NCBI RefSeq assembly: GCF_006345805.1
Contig: NC_043023.1
Coordinates: forward strand, 3,720,001 to 3,784,000
Direction of reading: 5' to 3'
DNA length: 64,000 nucleotides
DNA from: Octopus sinensis
Taxonomy: Eukaryota
The position numbers and the translations under genes were made by a program. The notes under the pieces were generated by a model. The model was not told the origin of the DNA, ran no database searches, and saw nothing but the letters and a program-made list of their open reading frames with translations. Of the stretch, positions 14,000 to 42,774 are shown one piece after another. How positions within the stretch are numbered: the stretch's first letter is position 1; each line of letters starts with the position of its first letter.

Positions 14000-15524
14000 A
14001 TTGATATAGACACATACATACACATGCTTCTTTCAGTCTCCATCTACCAAATCTATTCACAAGGCTTTGGTTGGCCCAAGGTTATAGACGAAGACACTTG
14101 TCCAAGATGCCATGCAGTGGGACTGAACCCAAGTCAATATGGTTGGGAAGTAAGCTTCTTACCCACACAGCTACGCCTGCACCTATGATATTATTCGGCA
14201 GTAGAAAGTAGGATAGTAGTCTGGTGCTAGTAGTGAAGATGACAGCAATGATGATAGTTGTAGTGGTCATGGTAGGATTGGTTGCCATGGTGATTACTGG
14301 TGGTGTTGATGTTGATAGTGATGATGATGGTGGTTGTTAATGATAATGGTTGATAAGGAAGATGGTAGGATTGTGTGTGGTGGTGGTGGTGGTAGTTATA
14401 ATGATGGGGATAGCTGTGGTGGTTGTAGTAGTAGTGGTAGCGATGGTAGTGATGGTGGTGGTGGTGTTATAGTGGTGATAGTGGCTGTGATTATGATGGT
14501 GGTGGTGGTGGTAGTTGTGGTAGTGGTGATAGCGGCGATAGTGGTGGTGGTAGTATTGGTGATAGTGGTTATGGTGGTGATTGTGATTATGGTAGTTGTG
14601 GTAATGATGATGGTGGTGTTAATGTTTGTTTGTTCAAAGGCGGTGCTCCAGCATGGCCGCAGTCAAATGAGTGAAACAAGTAAAAGTTGTTGACCCCTCT
14701 TTGGGTTTTGATTCCACTTTACAAAGTTCCTCATTGTAATGGTTGTCAACCACCACCACCGTCACTACCACCATCGCCTCAACCATCACCATCACCACTA
14801 CCACCACCACACCACCAACATCCCCACCACCACACCAACATCACCACCACCACCATTCCCACCACCACCACCATCACTACAACTACCACCACCATCACTA
14901 CTTCTACTACCACCATCACTACTACCACCATCACTACTACTACTACTACTACCACCACCATCACTACTTCTACTACCACCATCACTACTACCACCATCAC
15001 TACTACTACTACTACTACCACCACCATCACTACTTCTACTACTACCACCACCATCACTGCTACAACCACCACCAACCACTACTACAACCACCATTACTAC
15101 TGCCACCACTATCATCACCATTACTACCACTACCACCACTGCCACCACCACCTTCACTACTACCACCATGACAATCACTTCCACCACCATCACTATACCA
15201 CCACCACTACGATCACCACTATTACTACTACCACCATCACCATCATTGCCACCACCACCACTACTACCAATACTATCACCAGTCTCCCTCCTACCACAAC
15301 CCTACTATTACTACTGCTATTTGTAGCCAATGAGAAACCCTCTAAAGGGTCATTGCTTGACCTGCTTAAAATAGCTGCCAGATGTCCCTCAAATCACAGT
15401 AGTGCCTTTCAAAGGGAGCACGTGAGATGATGTGGTCTTTGTGAATGTCATGGCTGGAATGCCTTTGATCCTACATCTGTTTGATCACTATTACCATTGA
15501 TACTACAACTTCTGTACACGGATT

Positions 15525-16950
15525 TAAACACACATCTTCACATACACACACATCTTCACATACACACACATCTTCACAGACACACGTCTTCACACACACG
15601 CGCGTCTTCACACACACACACGCGCGTCTTCACACACACACGCGCGTCTTCACACACACACACGCGCGTCTTCACACACACAGACGCGTCTTCACACACA
15701 CAGACGCGTCTTCACACACACAGACGCGTCTTCACACACGTCTTCACACACACGCGTCTTCACACACACGCGTCTTCACACACACACGTCTTTACATACA
15801 CACACATCTTTACATACACACACATCTTTACATACACACACATCTTTACATACACACACATCTTTACATACACACACACTTCACATACACACACACTTCA
15901 CATACACACACAACTTCACATACACACACACGTCTTCACAACACACACACACTCACTTCTTCACACACGTCTTCTCACACACATCTTCACATACACTCAC
16001 TCACACATACGTCTTCACACACACACACATCTTTACATACACACACATCTTTACATACACACACATCTTTACATACACACACATCTTTACATACACACAC
16101 ACTTCACATACACACACAACTTCACATACACACACACGTCTTCACAACACACACACACTCACTTCTTCCACACACGTCTTCTCACACACATCTTCACATA
16201 CACTCACTCAACACATACGTCTTCACATACCCCCACATCTTTACATACACACACATCTTTACATACACACACATCTTTACATACACACACACTTCACATA
16301 CACACACAACTTCACATACACACACACGTCTCACAACACACACACACTCACTTCTCACACACGTCTTCTCAACACACATCTTCACATACACTCACTCACA
16401 CATACGTCTTCACACACAACATCTTTACATACACACACATCTTACATACACACACAACTTCACATACACACACACGTCTTCACAACACACACACACTCAC
16501 TTCTTCACACACGTCTTCTCACACACATCTTCACATACACTCACTCACACATACGTCTTCACATACCCCCACATCTTTACATACACACACATCTTTACAT
16601 ACACACACATCTTTACATACACACACACTTCACATACACACACAACTTCACATACACACACACGTCTTCACAACACACACACACTCACTTCTTCACACAC
16701 GTCTTCTCACACACATCTTCACATACACTCACTCACACATACGTCTTCACACACACACATCTTTACATACACACACATCTTTACATACACACACAACTTC
16801 ACATACACACACACGTCTTCACAACACACACACACTCCTTCACACACGTCTTCTCACACACATCTTCACATACACTCACTCACACATACGTCTTCACATA
16901 CACACACATCTTCACATACACCCACATCTTCACATACACCCTCATCTTTA
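15525..16950. repeat. Hierarchical CA-based minisatellite
   Basis: 16-20 bp CACACACATCTT(T/C)ACATA / CACGCGTCTT units in larger repeated blocks. Confidence 0.9.
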
Positions 16951-17207
16951 CCTATAGTCGCCCAGCTTCCCATGCATCTCTTCAGGCTCAACATTTCCAA
17001 GCAGATACATGTGTGCACACACATGCACTAATACACTTTTACACACAACCACACAAGCTGCAAACACACTCACACATTCATAAACACACTCATACACATA
17101 CTCATTTGTACACACAAACACATACACTCATACACACCTCTTCACAGTCACACACACCTCATCACACACACACTTTATTCTTCAATATTTTGGAAAAAAA
17201 ACTTAAA

Positions 17208-17241
17208 ATGGCACCAGCTTTGTATCGGCAAAGAATTCGAG
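17208..17241 (+). CDS. Candidate upstream coding exon of CSRP (MAPALYRQRIR...)
   Basis: aaaATGG context, donor GAG|gtaaga, phase 1 matches the acceptor at 27519 in frame. Confidence 0.4.
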
Positions 17242-18361
17242 GTAAGACAATAATTATCATCATAGATCGGTGAGGAAGAATCGGTAACACAGCATCAGAC
17301 CAGATGATGCCTTGCCATGTTTACTTCCACCTCTGTAGGTCCTGAGTTCAGACTGAACTCGTGCCAACTTCACAGGTAATATTTCTCCATGTCAGACACA
17401 TCTTTTGCAAATTCAAAATGAACTGTTCTCATTTATAACCACCATATGATGTTGAGAAATAAGTACGCACACACTTATAAACACACACCATACACACACA
17501 CACACACGCACACATATAGACACATGCATAGCTGTATAGTAAGAACTTTGCTTGCCAGCCAGATGATTTCAGGTTCAATCTCACCATATTGCACCTTGGA
17601 AAAATACCTTCTGTTGCAGCCTTGAGCCAAGCAAAACCTTGTGAGTGAATTTTGTAGACAGGAAATGAAAGAAGCCCATGTATGTATTTATGTGTGTGTA
17701 TGCTGGTGTGTTTATGTATCCATAACTTAGTGGTTCAGCAGAAGAGACCAATAAAGTACCAAGCTGGTGTTGATTCATTTGACGAACTTTCTTCAAGGTG
17801 GTGCTCCAGCATGGCCACAGACTGAAATGAGCAAATGTTAGAAGTAAAAGCTATATGTACATACCTATCATCATCATCATCATCTTTTAATGCCCCCCCT
17901 TTCTGTACACATGGGTTGGACAGAGTTTGTTGAGGCTGAATTTCTAAGACTGGATGCCTTCCCTATCACCAACCCTCTCCTGTTTCCTAGAAATGTAATT
18001 TTTCCCCGTGGCCACATACGAGACTTGCATAATAATGACAATGCTTCTTTTACAACTATAAGACCATATTAGGAAATGGAGGTACACACACACACACACA
18101 CACAAAACACACTCACACACTCACATGTTGACACTGCTAGATTGAATGGTGCTACACAGGTGTTGAAACCATAATGATTCCTGTTAGGCAGCTGAAGATG
18201 GGTGTATATTTTTGATGTGCTTGTTGACAGTAAACCTTTTGTATCCTGTATTCTTGTTCTACTTCTTGTAAGGTTAAACTTCTTCAGTGGTTTTTGGTTT
18301 TGATGTGTACATTAAATGATGCCTTGATATTGTATGATTCCCCTACTATATACTACTATAC

Positions 18362-19052
18362 TATACATTAGATAATGTAGTCCTAGATACATTATGTCTG
18401 AATAGAAGATGGGATGGTCACATATGGAACATCTTTGATCATAGGTCTCTTGGTTCAGATCACTCAGGGTTTTAACAACAACTATAGCTACTAATACTAA
18501 CTGCTATACTACACATTAGCTAATGTAGTCCTAGATACACTGTCTGAATAATAGATGGGATGGTCACAGCTGGAACATCTTTGATCATGTCTGCTGAGTC
18601 AGGACTGACCTGGGGCTAAATAACAATAGCAGCTATGATTACTAATAGTAGCTACTATACATGAGATAATGTAGTCTTAGATATACTGTGTCTGAATAAA
18701 AGATGGGATGGTCACAGCTGGAACATCTTTGATCATAGGTCTTCTGGATTAGGACTGACCTGGGGCTAAACAGCAGCAGCAACAATTTTAACCACTAATA
18801 CTAACTGCTATACTATATACTATACATTAGATAACATAGTCCTAGATGTCAGAATAAAAGATGGGAAGGTCACAATTGGAGCAGCTTTGATCACAGGTCT
18901 GCTAGATCAGAACAGACCTTGGGCAAAACGACTATGGCCATTAACATTACTGTACATTAGATAATGTAGTCCTAGATACACTATGCCTGAATGAAAGATG
19001 GGATGGTCTTTGATCATGGATCTGCTGGATCAGGGCTAACCTGGGGCTAAAT
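18362..19052 (+). repeat. Five diverged ~150 bp tandem units
   Basis: TACATTAGATAATGTAGTCCTAGATAC...GATGGGATGGTCAC...TTTGATCA...CCTGGGGCTAAA repeated. Confidence 0.8.
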
Positions 19053-20092
19053 ATCTGTAATCAAGCTAAACAGTGCCTTCCTTCTCCCCCTCCCTCCCTA
19101 TCTTTCTCTCCCTCCCTCCCTCCCTCTCCCCCTCTCTTTCTCCCCCCTACTTTTCACACCCCTTCAAATCCCCTAAACACACACCACCTTGTTGTGCGGA
19201 CTCAGGAATGGTTTGGACATGGTCTGGTGCAATTAATTGGTTGCTATGCCAACGGGAATTTTTATCTACTTGTGGGGGAGGGAGGGACCGGGGGGGTGGG
19301 GATTGAGGAAGTTGGTCCATGAAGCCAACTTTTTGGCAGATTACTTAAAAGTACTACTACTACTGCTGCTATGACTACTGCTACTACTATCACTATAACT
19401 GCTACTGCCTTCATTATCATCATCACTATCATTACAAAAGTCATCATCATTTCTCAACCCTTTTTTTTTTTCCCTATGGACCCTTCTGGTCCCTATTTTA
19501 CTTAGATGGACCCTCTGAGCTATTTGATGTTCAACCTTTTAGCATTCATATTATTGTCGAATGTGATTTGTATTCATTCACATAGGCACAGGAGTTGGTG
19601 TGTGGTAAGAAGCTTGCTTCCCAACCACATGGTGCTGGGTTTAGTCCCACTGTGTGGCACCTTGGGCAAGTGTCTTTTGCTATAGCCTCGGGCCGATTAA
19701 AGCCTTGTGAGTGGTATTGGTTGAACATCAATTTGCTCAACTAAAGGCGGTGCTCCAGCATGGCCACAGTCAAATGACTGAAACAAGTAAAAGAGTATGG
19801 CTGCTGCCAGCCACTATCTGAACGTGGCCGATGCCAGCGCCACCTTGCCTGGCTTCTGTGCTAGTGGCACATAAAAAGCACCAACCGATCAAAGCCACTG
19901 CCAGCCTCCCCTGGCATCTGTGCGGGTGGCATGTAAAAAGCACCCACAACACTCACGGAGTGGTTGGCATCAGGAAGGGCATCCAGCTGTAGAAACACTG
20001 CCTGGTGCAGCCTCCTGGCTTCCCAGACTCCGGTTGAACCATCCAACCCGTGCTTGCATGGAAAATGAACATTAAACAATGATGATGATGAT

Positions 20093-20152
<60 letters not shown>

Positions 20153-20796
20153 GGGCTTCTTTCAATTTCTGTCTACCAATCTACTCAAAAGGCCTTTGAT
20201 AAACTATAGTAGAAAACACCTTTCCAAGGTGCCATGTAGTGGGATTGAACCGAGAACTATGTGGTTGGGAAGCAAGCTCCTTACCACACAGCCTCATCGA
20301 GAGAGAGAGAGGCAGATATGGGCTTCTCTCAGTTTCTATACCAAATCCAGTCGCAAAGCTCTGATTTACCTGGGGCTATAGTGGAAGTCTCTAGCCCCAG
20401 GTGCCAAGCAGTGGGACTGAACTTGGAAACATCTGGTTCAGCAATAAACACCTTAACGAATCAACCATACTTGCAACTCTATTAATTAAAAAAAAAAAAA
20501 CCCAATTGTGTGAACTTAAAATATCGGACCAAAAATACTGAACCAAAAATAAATAGAAACTAGTGATCGGTGAAAACACCCAAATTACTCACCTTGACAA
20601 GCACAGGTAAACATATCCTTAACGATAACAACAAAACAAGGTCAGTCATGAATTGGGCTGAAATGATTCCTAGTGTTACCTACTTGCGTGTCTTCGGTAA
20701 ACAAAATATTTTCTTCAAGACGTATAACCTTACTAAATATTTAGTACTGACTTGTGTCATATGTTGTACTGTGTTACATTATAATGTTAGTATATA

Positions 20797-21415
20797 GGCG
20801 TAGGAGTGGCTGTGTGGTAAGTAGCTTGCTAACCAACCACATGGTTCTGGGTTCAGTCCCACTGTGTGGCATCTTGGGCAACTGTCTTCTGCTATAGCCT
20901 CGGGCTGACCAATGCCTTGTGAATAGATTTGGTAGACGGAAACTGAAAGAAGCCCGTCGTATATATGTATATATATATGTATATATATATAGGCGTAGGA
21001 GTGGCTGTGTGGTAAGTAGCTTGCTAACCAACCACATGGTTCTGGGTTCTGTCCCACTGTGTGGCATCTTGGGCAAGTGTCTTCTACTATAGCCTCGGGC
21101 CGACCAATGCCTTGTGAGTGGATTTGGTAGACAGAAACTGAAAGAAGCCCGTCGTATATATATATATATATATATATATGCATGTATGTTTGTGTGTCTG
21201 TGTTTGTCCCCCTAGCATTGCTTGACAACCGATGCTGGTGTGTTTACGTCTCCGTCACTTAGCGGTTCGGCAAAAAGAGACCGATAGAATTAGTACTGGG
21301 CTTACAAAGGAATAAGTCCCGGGGTCGATTTGCTCGACTAAAGGCAGTGTTCCAGCATGGCCGCAGTCAAATGACTGAAACAATTAAAAGAAAAGAAAAA
21401 GAAAAAAAGAAAAGA
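20797..21415 (+). mobile_element. SINE A with duplicated 5' half
   Basis: Heads at ~20797 and ~20991, single tail. Confidence 0.85.
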
Positions 21416-21504
21416 ATAGCATAGGCGTGGCTGTGTGGGTATGGAGTTTTGCTTCTCATTCATGCGGCTTTTGGTTCAATCCCACTGTGTGGGACCTCGG
21501 GCAA

Positions 21505-22150
21505 ATCATCATCATCATCGTTTAATGTCCGCTTTCCATGCTAGCATGGGTTAGACGTATGACTGAGGGCTGGCAAACCAGATGGCTGCACCAGGCTCCA
21601 ATCTTGATCTGGCAGAGTTTCTACAGCTGGATGCCCTTCTTAATGCCAACCACTCCAAGAGTGTAGTGGGTGCTTTTATGTGCCACCGGCACGGGGCCAG
21701 TCAGGCAGTCCTGGCAACGACCTCGCTCGAATCTTTTTACACATGCCACTGGCACAGGTGCCAATAAGGTGATGCTGGTAACGATCATGCTCAAATGGTG
21801 CCGTTTACGTGCCACCAGCACGGAAGCCAGTTAGCTGCTCTGGCAACGATCACGCTCGGATGGTGCTCTTGGCACCCTACTACCACGGGGCACAAGTGTC
21901 AATAAGGCGACACTGGTAACGATCACACTCGAATGGTGCCTTTTACATGCCATGGCACGGAAGCCAGTTAGCTGCTCTGACAACGATCATGCTCGGATGG
22001 TGCTCTTACCACTCCACTAGCACGGATGCCAGTCATCGAATTTGATTTTGATTTCACTTGCCTCAACAGGTCTTCGCAAGCAGAGTTTAGTGTCCAAAGA
22101 AGGAAAAGGTATGCATAAGTGGGCTGGTTATGCCCCTGGCATAGGCCACA
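21505..22150 (-). mobile_element. Retroposon family C with internal ~58 bp minisatellite
   Basis: (CAT)n start on +, repeated TGGTGC...GTGCCAC.GGCAC units; further copies at ~19800-20095, 28535-29050, 38075-38460, 42000-42550, 50437-50865, 51150-51250. Confidence 0.75.
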
Positions 22151-23089
22151 GGTTATGGTCTCATTTGGCTAGGCGTGGCTGTGTGGGTATGGTGCTTTGC
22201 TTCTCATTCATTTGGCTTTTGGTTCAATCCCACTGTGTGGCACCACAGACAAATGTCTTTCCACCCCCCTTCCTTTTTACAGCTCCTTCGTTGATGAAAG
22301 CCTTATCAGTGGATTTGGTAGACTGAACCAAAAGCAACCTGTCGCACATGAGCGCACGTCTTGCCTCAGTCATTAAACCGTGGCCATACTGGGGCATCAC
22401 CTTGAAGAATTTTAGTTGAACGAATCAAATCCAGTACTTTGTTTTAAGCCTGGTACTTTTTGTATCAATCCCTTTTGTTGAACCGCTAGGTTACAGGTAT
22501 CTGATCACACTAACACCAGTTATCAAGCGGGATTGGGACACAAAAGACACACACACATATATGATGGGCTTCCTCCAGTTTCCATCTAGCAAATCTATTC
22601 ACAAGGCTTTGGTCAGCCCTAGGCTATAATAGACACTTACCCAAGGTGCCACACCCCAGGACTGAACCTGGAACTATGTGGTTGGGAAGCAAGCTTCTCA
22701 CCACACAGCACACCTGTACTTGCTACACCTGTGCCTAGATATATGCATGTGTGTCTGTGAGTCTGTATATATGTGTGAGGATCTGTGTGTGATATTGCAG
22801 GATAGTCGTAAACAAGTTTCACTGTCATACAAGCAGTGTCATGTCATTCATTTCCAATATTCTGTGAGGGGTGGCGAGCTGGCAGAATCATTAACACACT
22901 GGGTGAAATGCTTAGTGGTAATTCATTTGCCGTTACATTCTGAGTTCAAATTCTACCGAGGTTGACTTTCATCCTTTCAGGGTCGATTAAATAAGTACCA
23001 GTTACGCACTGGGATCAATGTGACTGGCTGTCACCCTCTCCAAAAATTTCAGCCCTTGTACCTATAATAGAAAGGATTATTATTATTAT

Positions 23090-23648
23090 TGAGTGAGAGA
23101 GCAGTGTATGCCATCAAAGTGACACTGGGGTAAAATATACAAAGCCCAGTATACCCATCATGACTACCCATCTGATAAGGGCACACCAGGCACATGCATC
23201 ACAACCATATCTGCGCGACATGGTGATCTCATATCAAGATAAACAGCGCATGACCTTGCAGGTGGGGCCCAGTTAGAATTTTCTTCTGGTCAAGTTGCCC
23301 ATCCCGCTCAAAAGGTTCCTGAATAAGGATTGTTAAAGGATGTTGAACGAAACACCCATGTTTCCAGAGGTGAATTATTCAAACCCCAAATAATCCTTCT
23401 CAACACATGGCTATGATGCTCCCCAACTACTTCTGCTCGTGATCAGAGATGCACATATCGTCAGCCACTAAGGGAGTTGCTCAACTGGTTAAGGTCAAAC
23501 AACTGACAAGCAAATCTTTGATATTGAGCAGAATATTTGCTGTAACCAATCTTTTATACCAAGACAAAACAATGTACATGATAAAACTTCCAATCAGTTA
23601 AGATCAGCAGCCATGAGAGCCACTGCCTGGGACTGCATCAGGGCATTA
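23090..23648 (-). mobile_element. ~555 bp non-coding retroelement with (AAT)n tail
   Basis: Closely similar inverted copy at 35083-35645; both end CTCTCACTCAATAAT. Confidence 0.8.
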
Positions 23649-23657
23649 GATAGAAAG

Positions 23658-23777
23658 ACATTTACAGCACCTAGGTTTCCCAAGCGGTCACCCATCTAAG
23701 TACTAACTAGGCTCGACTTTGCTTAACTTCTGTAATCGGACGAGAACCGGTGTTTTCAAAGTGATATGGCCGTATTA
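23658..23777 (-). rRNA. 5S rRNA copy (probably pseudogene/retroposed)
   Basis: Minus strand reads TACGGCCATATCACTTTGAAAACACCGGTTCTCGTCCGATTACAGAAGTTAAGCAAAGTCGAGCCTAGTTAGTACTTAGATGGGTGACCGCTTGGGAAACCTAGGTGCTGTAA, colinear with metazoan 5S including box A/C; solitary, ends altered, no long oligo-T terminator. Confidence 0.9.
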
Positions 23778-23786
23778 TCATCATCA

Positions 23787-23825
<39 letters not shown>

Positions 23826-24400
23826 GAAGGCGGTAAGCTGTCAGAATGCCAGGTGAAATGGTTAGCAGTATTTCATCTGCCGTTACATTCTGAGTTCAAA
23901 TTCCACCGAGGTCGATTTTGCCTCTCATTTTTTCAGGGTCGATTAATTAAGTACCAGTTACACACAGGGGTCGATGTGATTGACTGTCCCCGTCTCCCAA
24001 AATTTCAAGCTTTGTGCCTATAGCAGAAAGGATTATTATTATTCTTAAGGCAGTGAGCTGGCAGAATCATTAGCATGTTGGACAAAATGCTTGATGGTAT
24101 TTCGTCTGTCAGTATGTTCTGAGTTCAAATTCCAGCGAGGTCAACTTGACCTTTCATCTTTTCGGAGTCGATTAAATAAGTACCAGTTACACACTCGGGG
24201 CGATGTAATCGACCTAATCTATTTATCTGTCCTTGTTTGTCCCCTCTATGTTTAGCCCCTTGTGGGCAATAAAGAAATGTTTATTCTGTGAAAACATATC
24301 CGACCATGGGGATGTGTCACCGTAGTCGGAAACAGGTACACACACGCACACACACATCTAATTGTATGCACATTCACACTCATATGTAATTGTACGCACA

Positions 24401-24595
24401 TAGGCGTAGGAGTGGTTGTGTGGTAATCAGCTTGCTTACGAACCACGTGGTTCCGTGTTCAGTCCCACTGTATGGCACCTTGGGTAAGTGTCTTCTACTA
24501 TAGCCTCGGGCCGACAAAAGTCTTGAGTGAATTTGGTAGACGGAAACTGAAAGAAGCCCGTCGTATATATGTATATATATGTATATATGTATATA

Positions 24596-24652
<57 letters not shown>

Positions 24653-24871
24653 GTATATATATGTATGTGTGTGTCTGTGTTTGTCCCCACCAACATCACT
24701 TGACAACTGATGCTGGTGTGTTTACATTCCCATAACTTAGCAGTTTGGCAAAAGAGACCGATAGAATAAGTACTGGGCTTACAAAAAATAAGTCCTGGGG
24801 TCGATTTTGCTCGACTAAAAGGCGGTGCTCCAGCATGGCCACAGTCAAATGACTGAAACAAGTAAAAGAGT
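24401..24871 (+). mobile_element. SINE A
   Basis: Full-length match. Confidence 0.85.
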
Positions 24872-25051
24872 ACATACATGCACACACACATGCAACTGTA
24901 CACACACACCACACACACACACACAAACTACACATTACACCTGCACCACCCTACACTGCTCCACCCAACCCACCCTCCACAATTGATCTTAATCTGATTG
25001 TAGATAATTTCGTTAATTACCTTAATCTGGATAATTCACCATTTAACATCT

Positions 25052-25072
25052 GGGTCAGAGGTCATGACCTCT
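25052..25072. promoter_or_regulatory. Composite nuclear-receptor element DR1+IR0
   Basis: GGGTCA-G-AGGTCA-TGACCT, next to a TAAT cluster at 24980-25040. Confidence 0.45.
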
Positions 25073-25490
25073 TATTCCTCTCCCTCACTCTCCTTTATTC
25101 TTCTCTCTTTCCCTCACTCTATTTTCCTCTCCAGCTACGTGGTGGGGAGCAATGGGGTTATTTAGCCCTAGGTCAGTCCACTTTTGTTCATCGCTTCATT
25201 AGTTTCCCAGACATGGTGTCTCTAGGAGTACATTATCCGATGTGCTGTTTTAGAAGCAGCATTGGGATTTAAGGCAAGGAATTAGTTCTAACGATTGAGT
25301 CTGTTCGTTAAAATGCCTCACAGTATTTCATTATCTTCGTCGGTGTTTCCTAAAGCAGGCAATGCTGTACCCTTGGGTGCAGTGGAAAGATCCCAGGTGG
25401 AGGGGGTGGTGAAGAAAATGGGGTGTTAATGGAATGGCCAAAAGGTGTGGGGAGCAATGGATATAAAATTAATGAAATAGTGGATTAATT

Positions 25491-26130
25491 AAGGCGTAGG
25501 AGTGGTTCCTTACCAACTACATGGTTCTAGATTCAGTCCCATTGCGTGGCACCTTGGGCAAGTGTCTTCTATATATTTCTTTATTACCCACAAGGGGCTA
25601 AACACAGAGGGGACAAACAAGGACAGACAAACGGACTAAGTCGATTACAGCGATCCCCGGTGTGTAACTGGTACTTTATTTATCGACCCCGAAAGGATGA
25701 AAGGCAAAGTCCACCTCGGCGGAATTTGAACTCACAACGTAATGACAGACAAAATACGGTTACACATTTCGCCCGGCCTGCTAACGTTTCTACCAGTTCA
25801 TCGCTTCGTCTTCTACTATAGCCTTGGGCTGACCAAAGCCTTGTGAGTGGATTTGGTAGACGGACACTGAAAGAAGCTCATCGTATATATATGTATGTAT
25901 GTGTGTGTGTGTGTGTGTGTATATGCTTGTGTGTATGTGTTTGTCCCCCCAACATTGTTTGACAACCGATGCTGGTGTGTTTGCGTCCCCATAACTTAGC
26001 GGTTCGGTAAAAGATACCGATAGAATAAGTACTAGGTGTACAAAGAATAAGTCCTGGGGTCGATTTGCTCGACTAAAGGCAGTGCTCCAGCATGGCCACA
26101 GTCAAATGACTGAAACAAGTAAAAGAGTAA
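25491..26130 (+). mobile_element. SINE A interrupted by antisense SINE B (~25575-25806)
   Basis: GTCTTCTA repeated on both sides of the inserted B copy. Confidence 0.8.
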
Positions 26131-26369
26131 GTTTTATTTGTGAAATTCTGTTTGTTTTGAATTTGCTGTAGAAAGTGGTCTCTGTTTGTGATGGTGAATG
26201 GGCGGGTGGGTGGAGGGGCTTGGAATGTGGCCTGGGGTGCCTGGGAACCACAGGTGTATATCATCTATGTCATCTTCTTCATCATCATCATCATCACCAT
26301 CATCATGTTGTCAATTTCTTTGTCTTCGTCATCACTGTCTTCATCATTTCCTCCATCATCAGTGATCAT

Positions 26370-26632
26370 CATCGTCATCACCATCTTCATCATTTCTTAC
26401 ATCGTCATCACCATCTTCATCATTTCTTTCGTCATCACCATCTTCATCATTTCTTACATCGTCATCACCATCTTCATCATTCTTACATCGTCATCACCAT
26501 CTTCATCATTTCTTACATCGTCATCACCATCTTCATCATTTCTTACATCGTCATCACCATCTTCATCATTTCTTACATCGTCATCACCATCTTCATCATT
26601 TCTTACATCGTCATCACCATCTTCATCATTTT
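26370..26632. repeat. 30 bp minisatellite
   Basis: CATCGTCATCACCATCTTCATCATTTCTTA, about 9 copies. Confidence 0.9.
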
Positions 26633-26872
26633 TCATCATCACCACCACCACCACTGTCATCACAATCATTGTCATCATCATCATCTTGAAGAAATAATGT
26701 TTTGTGGTATTTCTTCTGACTCTTAACATTCTGGGTTCAAACCCAGCCAAGATCAACTTGACCTTCCATCCTTCCAACGTCAATAAATTAAGTTACCAGT
26801 TAAGTACTAAAATCAATGCTATCAACTAACCCCTTCCCTCAAAATTCCTCTCCTTGAACCTAAAGCAGCAAC

Positions 26873-26906
<34 letters not shown>

Positions 26907-27526
26907 GTCATTATTATTATTATTATTATTGTTATTATTATTAAGACTAAGTTCTGAGTTCAAATTCCGCTGAGGTCAGTTTTTCCTTTTATCCTTTTGG
27001 GGCCAATAAATTAAGTGCCAGTGAAACACTGGGGTCGATGTAATCAATTAGTCCCATCCCCCAAAATTTGAGGCCTTGTGCCTCCAGTAGAAGGATTATT
27101 ATTATTGGGTGACCCCCTTCGGTCATGAATGACCATGGAATTGCACCTAGAAAGTTACCCTCCGAGGCACAAGTCCGGGCAAGGTTTGTTTATGGAAGAC
27201 CACCAGTCGCCCATGTATACTGGCCTCTCCTCTCCATGCCACCAATATTATCCAAGGGAAAGGCAAAGGGGCCAATCCAGCATGGCACCAGTGATGTTGC
27301 AACACTTTTCTACAGCTGAGTGGATTTGGGAAAAAATGCGGATTATACTCGAGGATTTATGGTATTCACATTGATTTGGATTATCTCATAGCTTCATGAT
27401 TTCACTGATATGATTGATTATTGTTCAAAGGACATTGTAGGGTAGGTATGAGAGGTCAGATATGGCCCTAGTTTAAATGCTAAAAGGTTAAAGTATTTTT
27501 TTTTCTTGTGTCTTTCAGTTTCCATC

Positions 27527-42774
<15,248 letters not shown>

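Noticed and set aside
15481-17031. 516 aa and 486 aa His/Thr-rich ORFs
   Set aside because: Translations of a CA-based minisatellite that lacks stops by composition; several frames are open.
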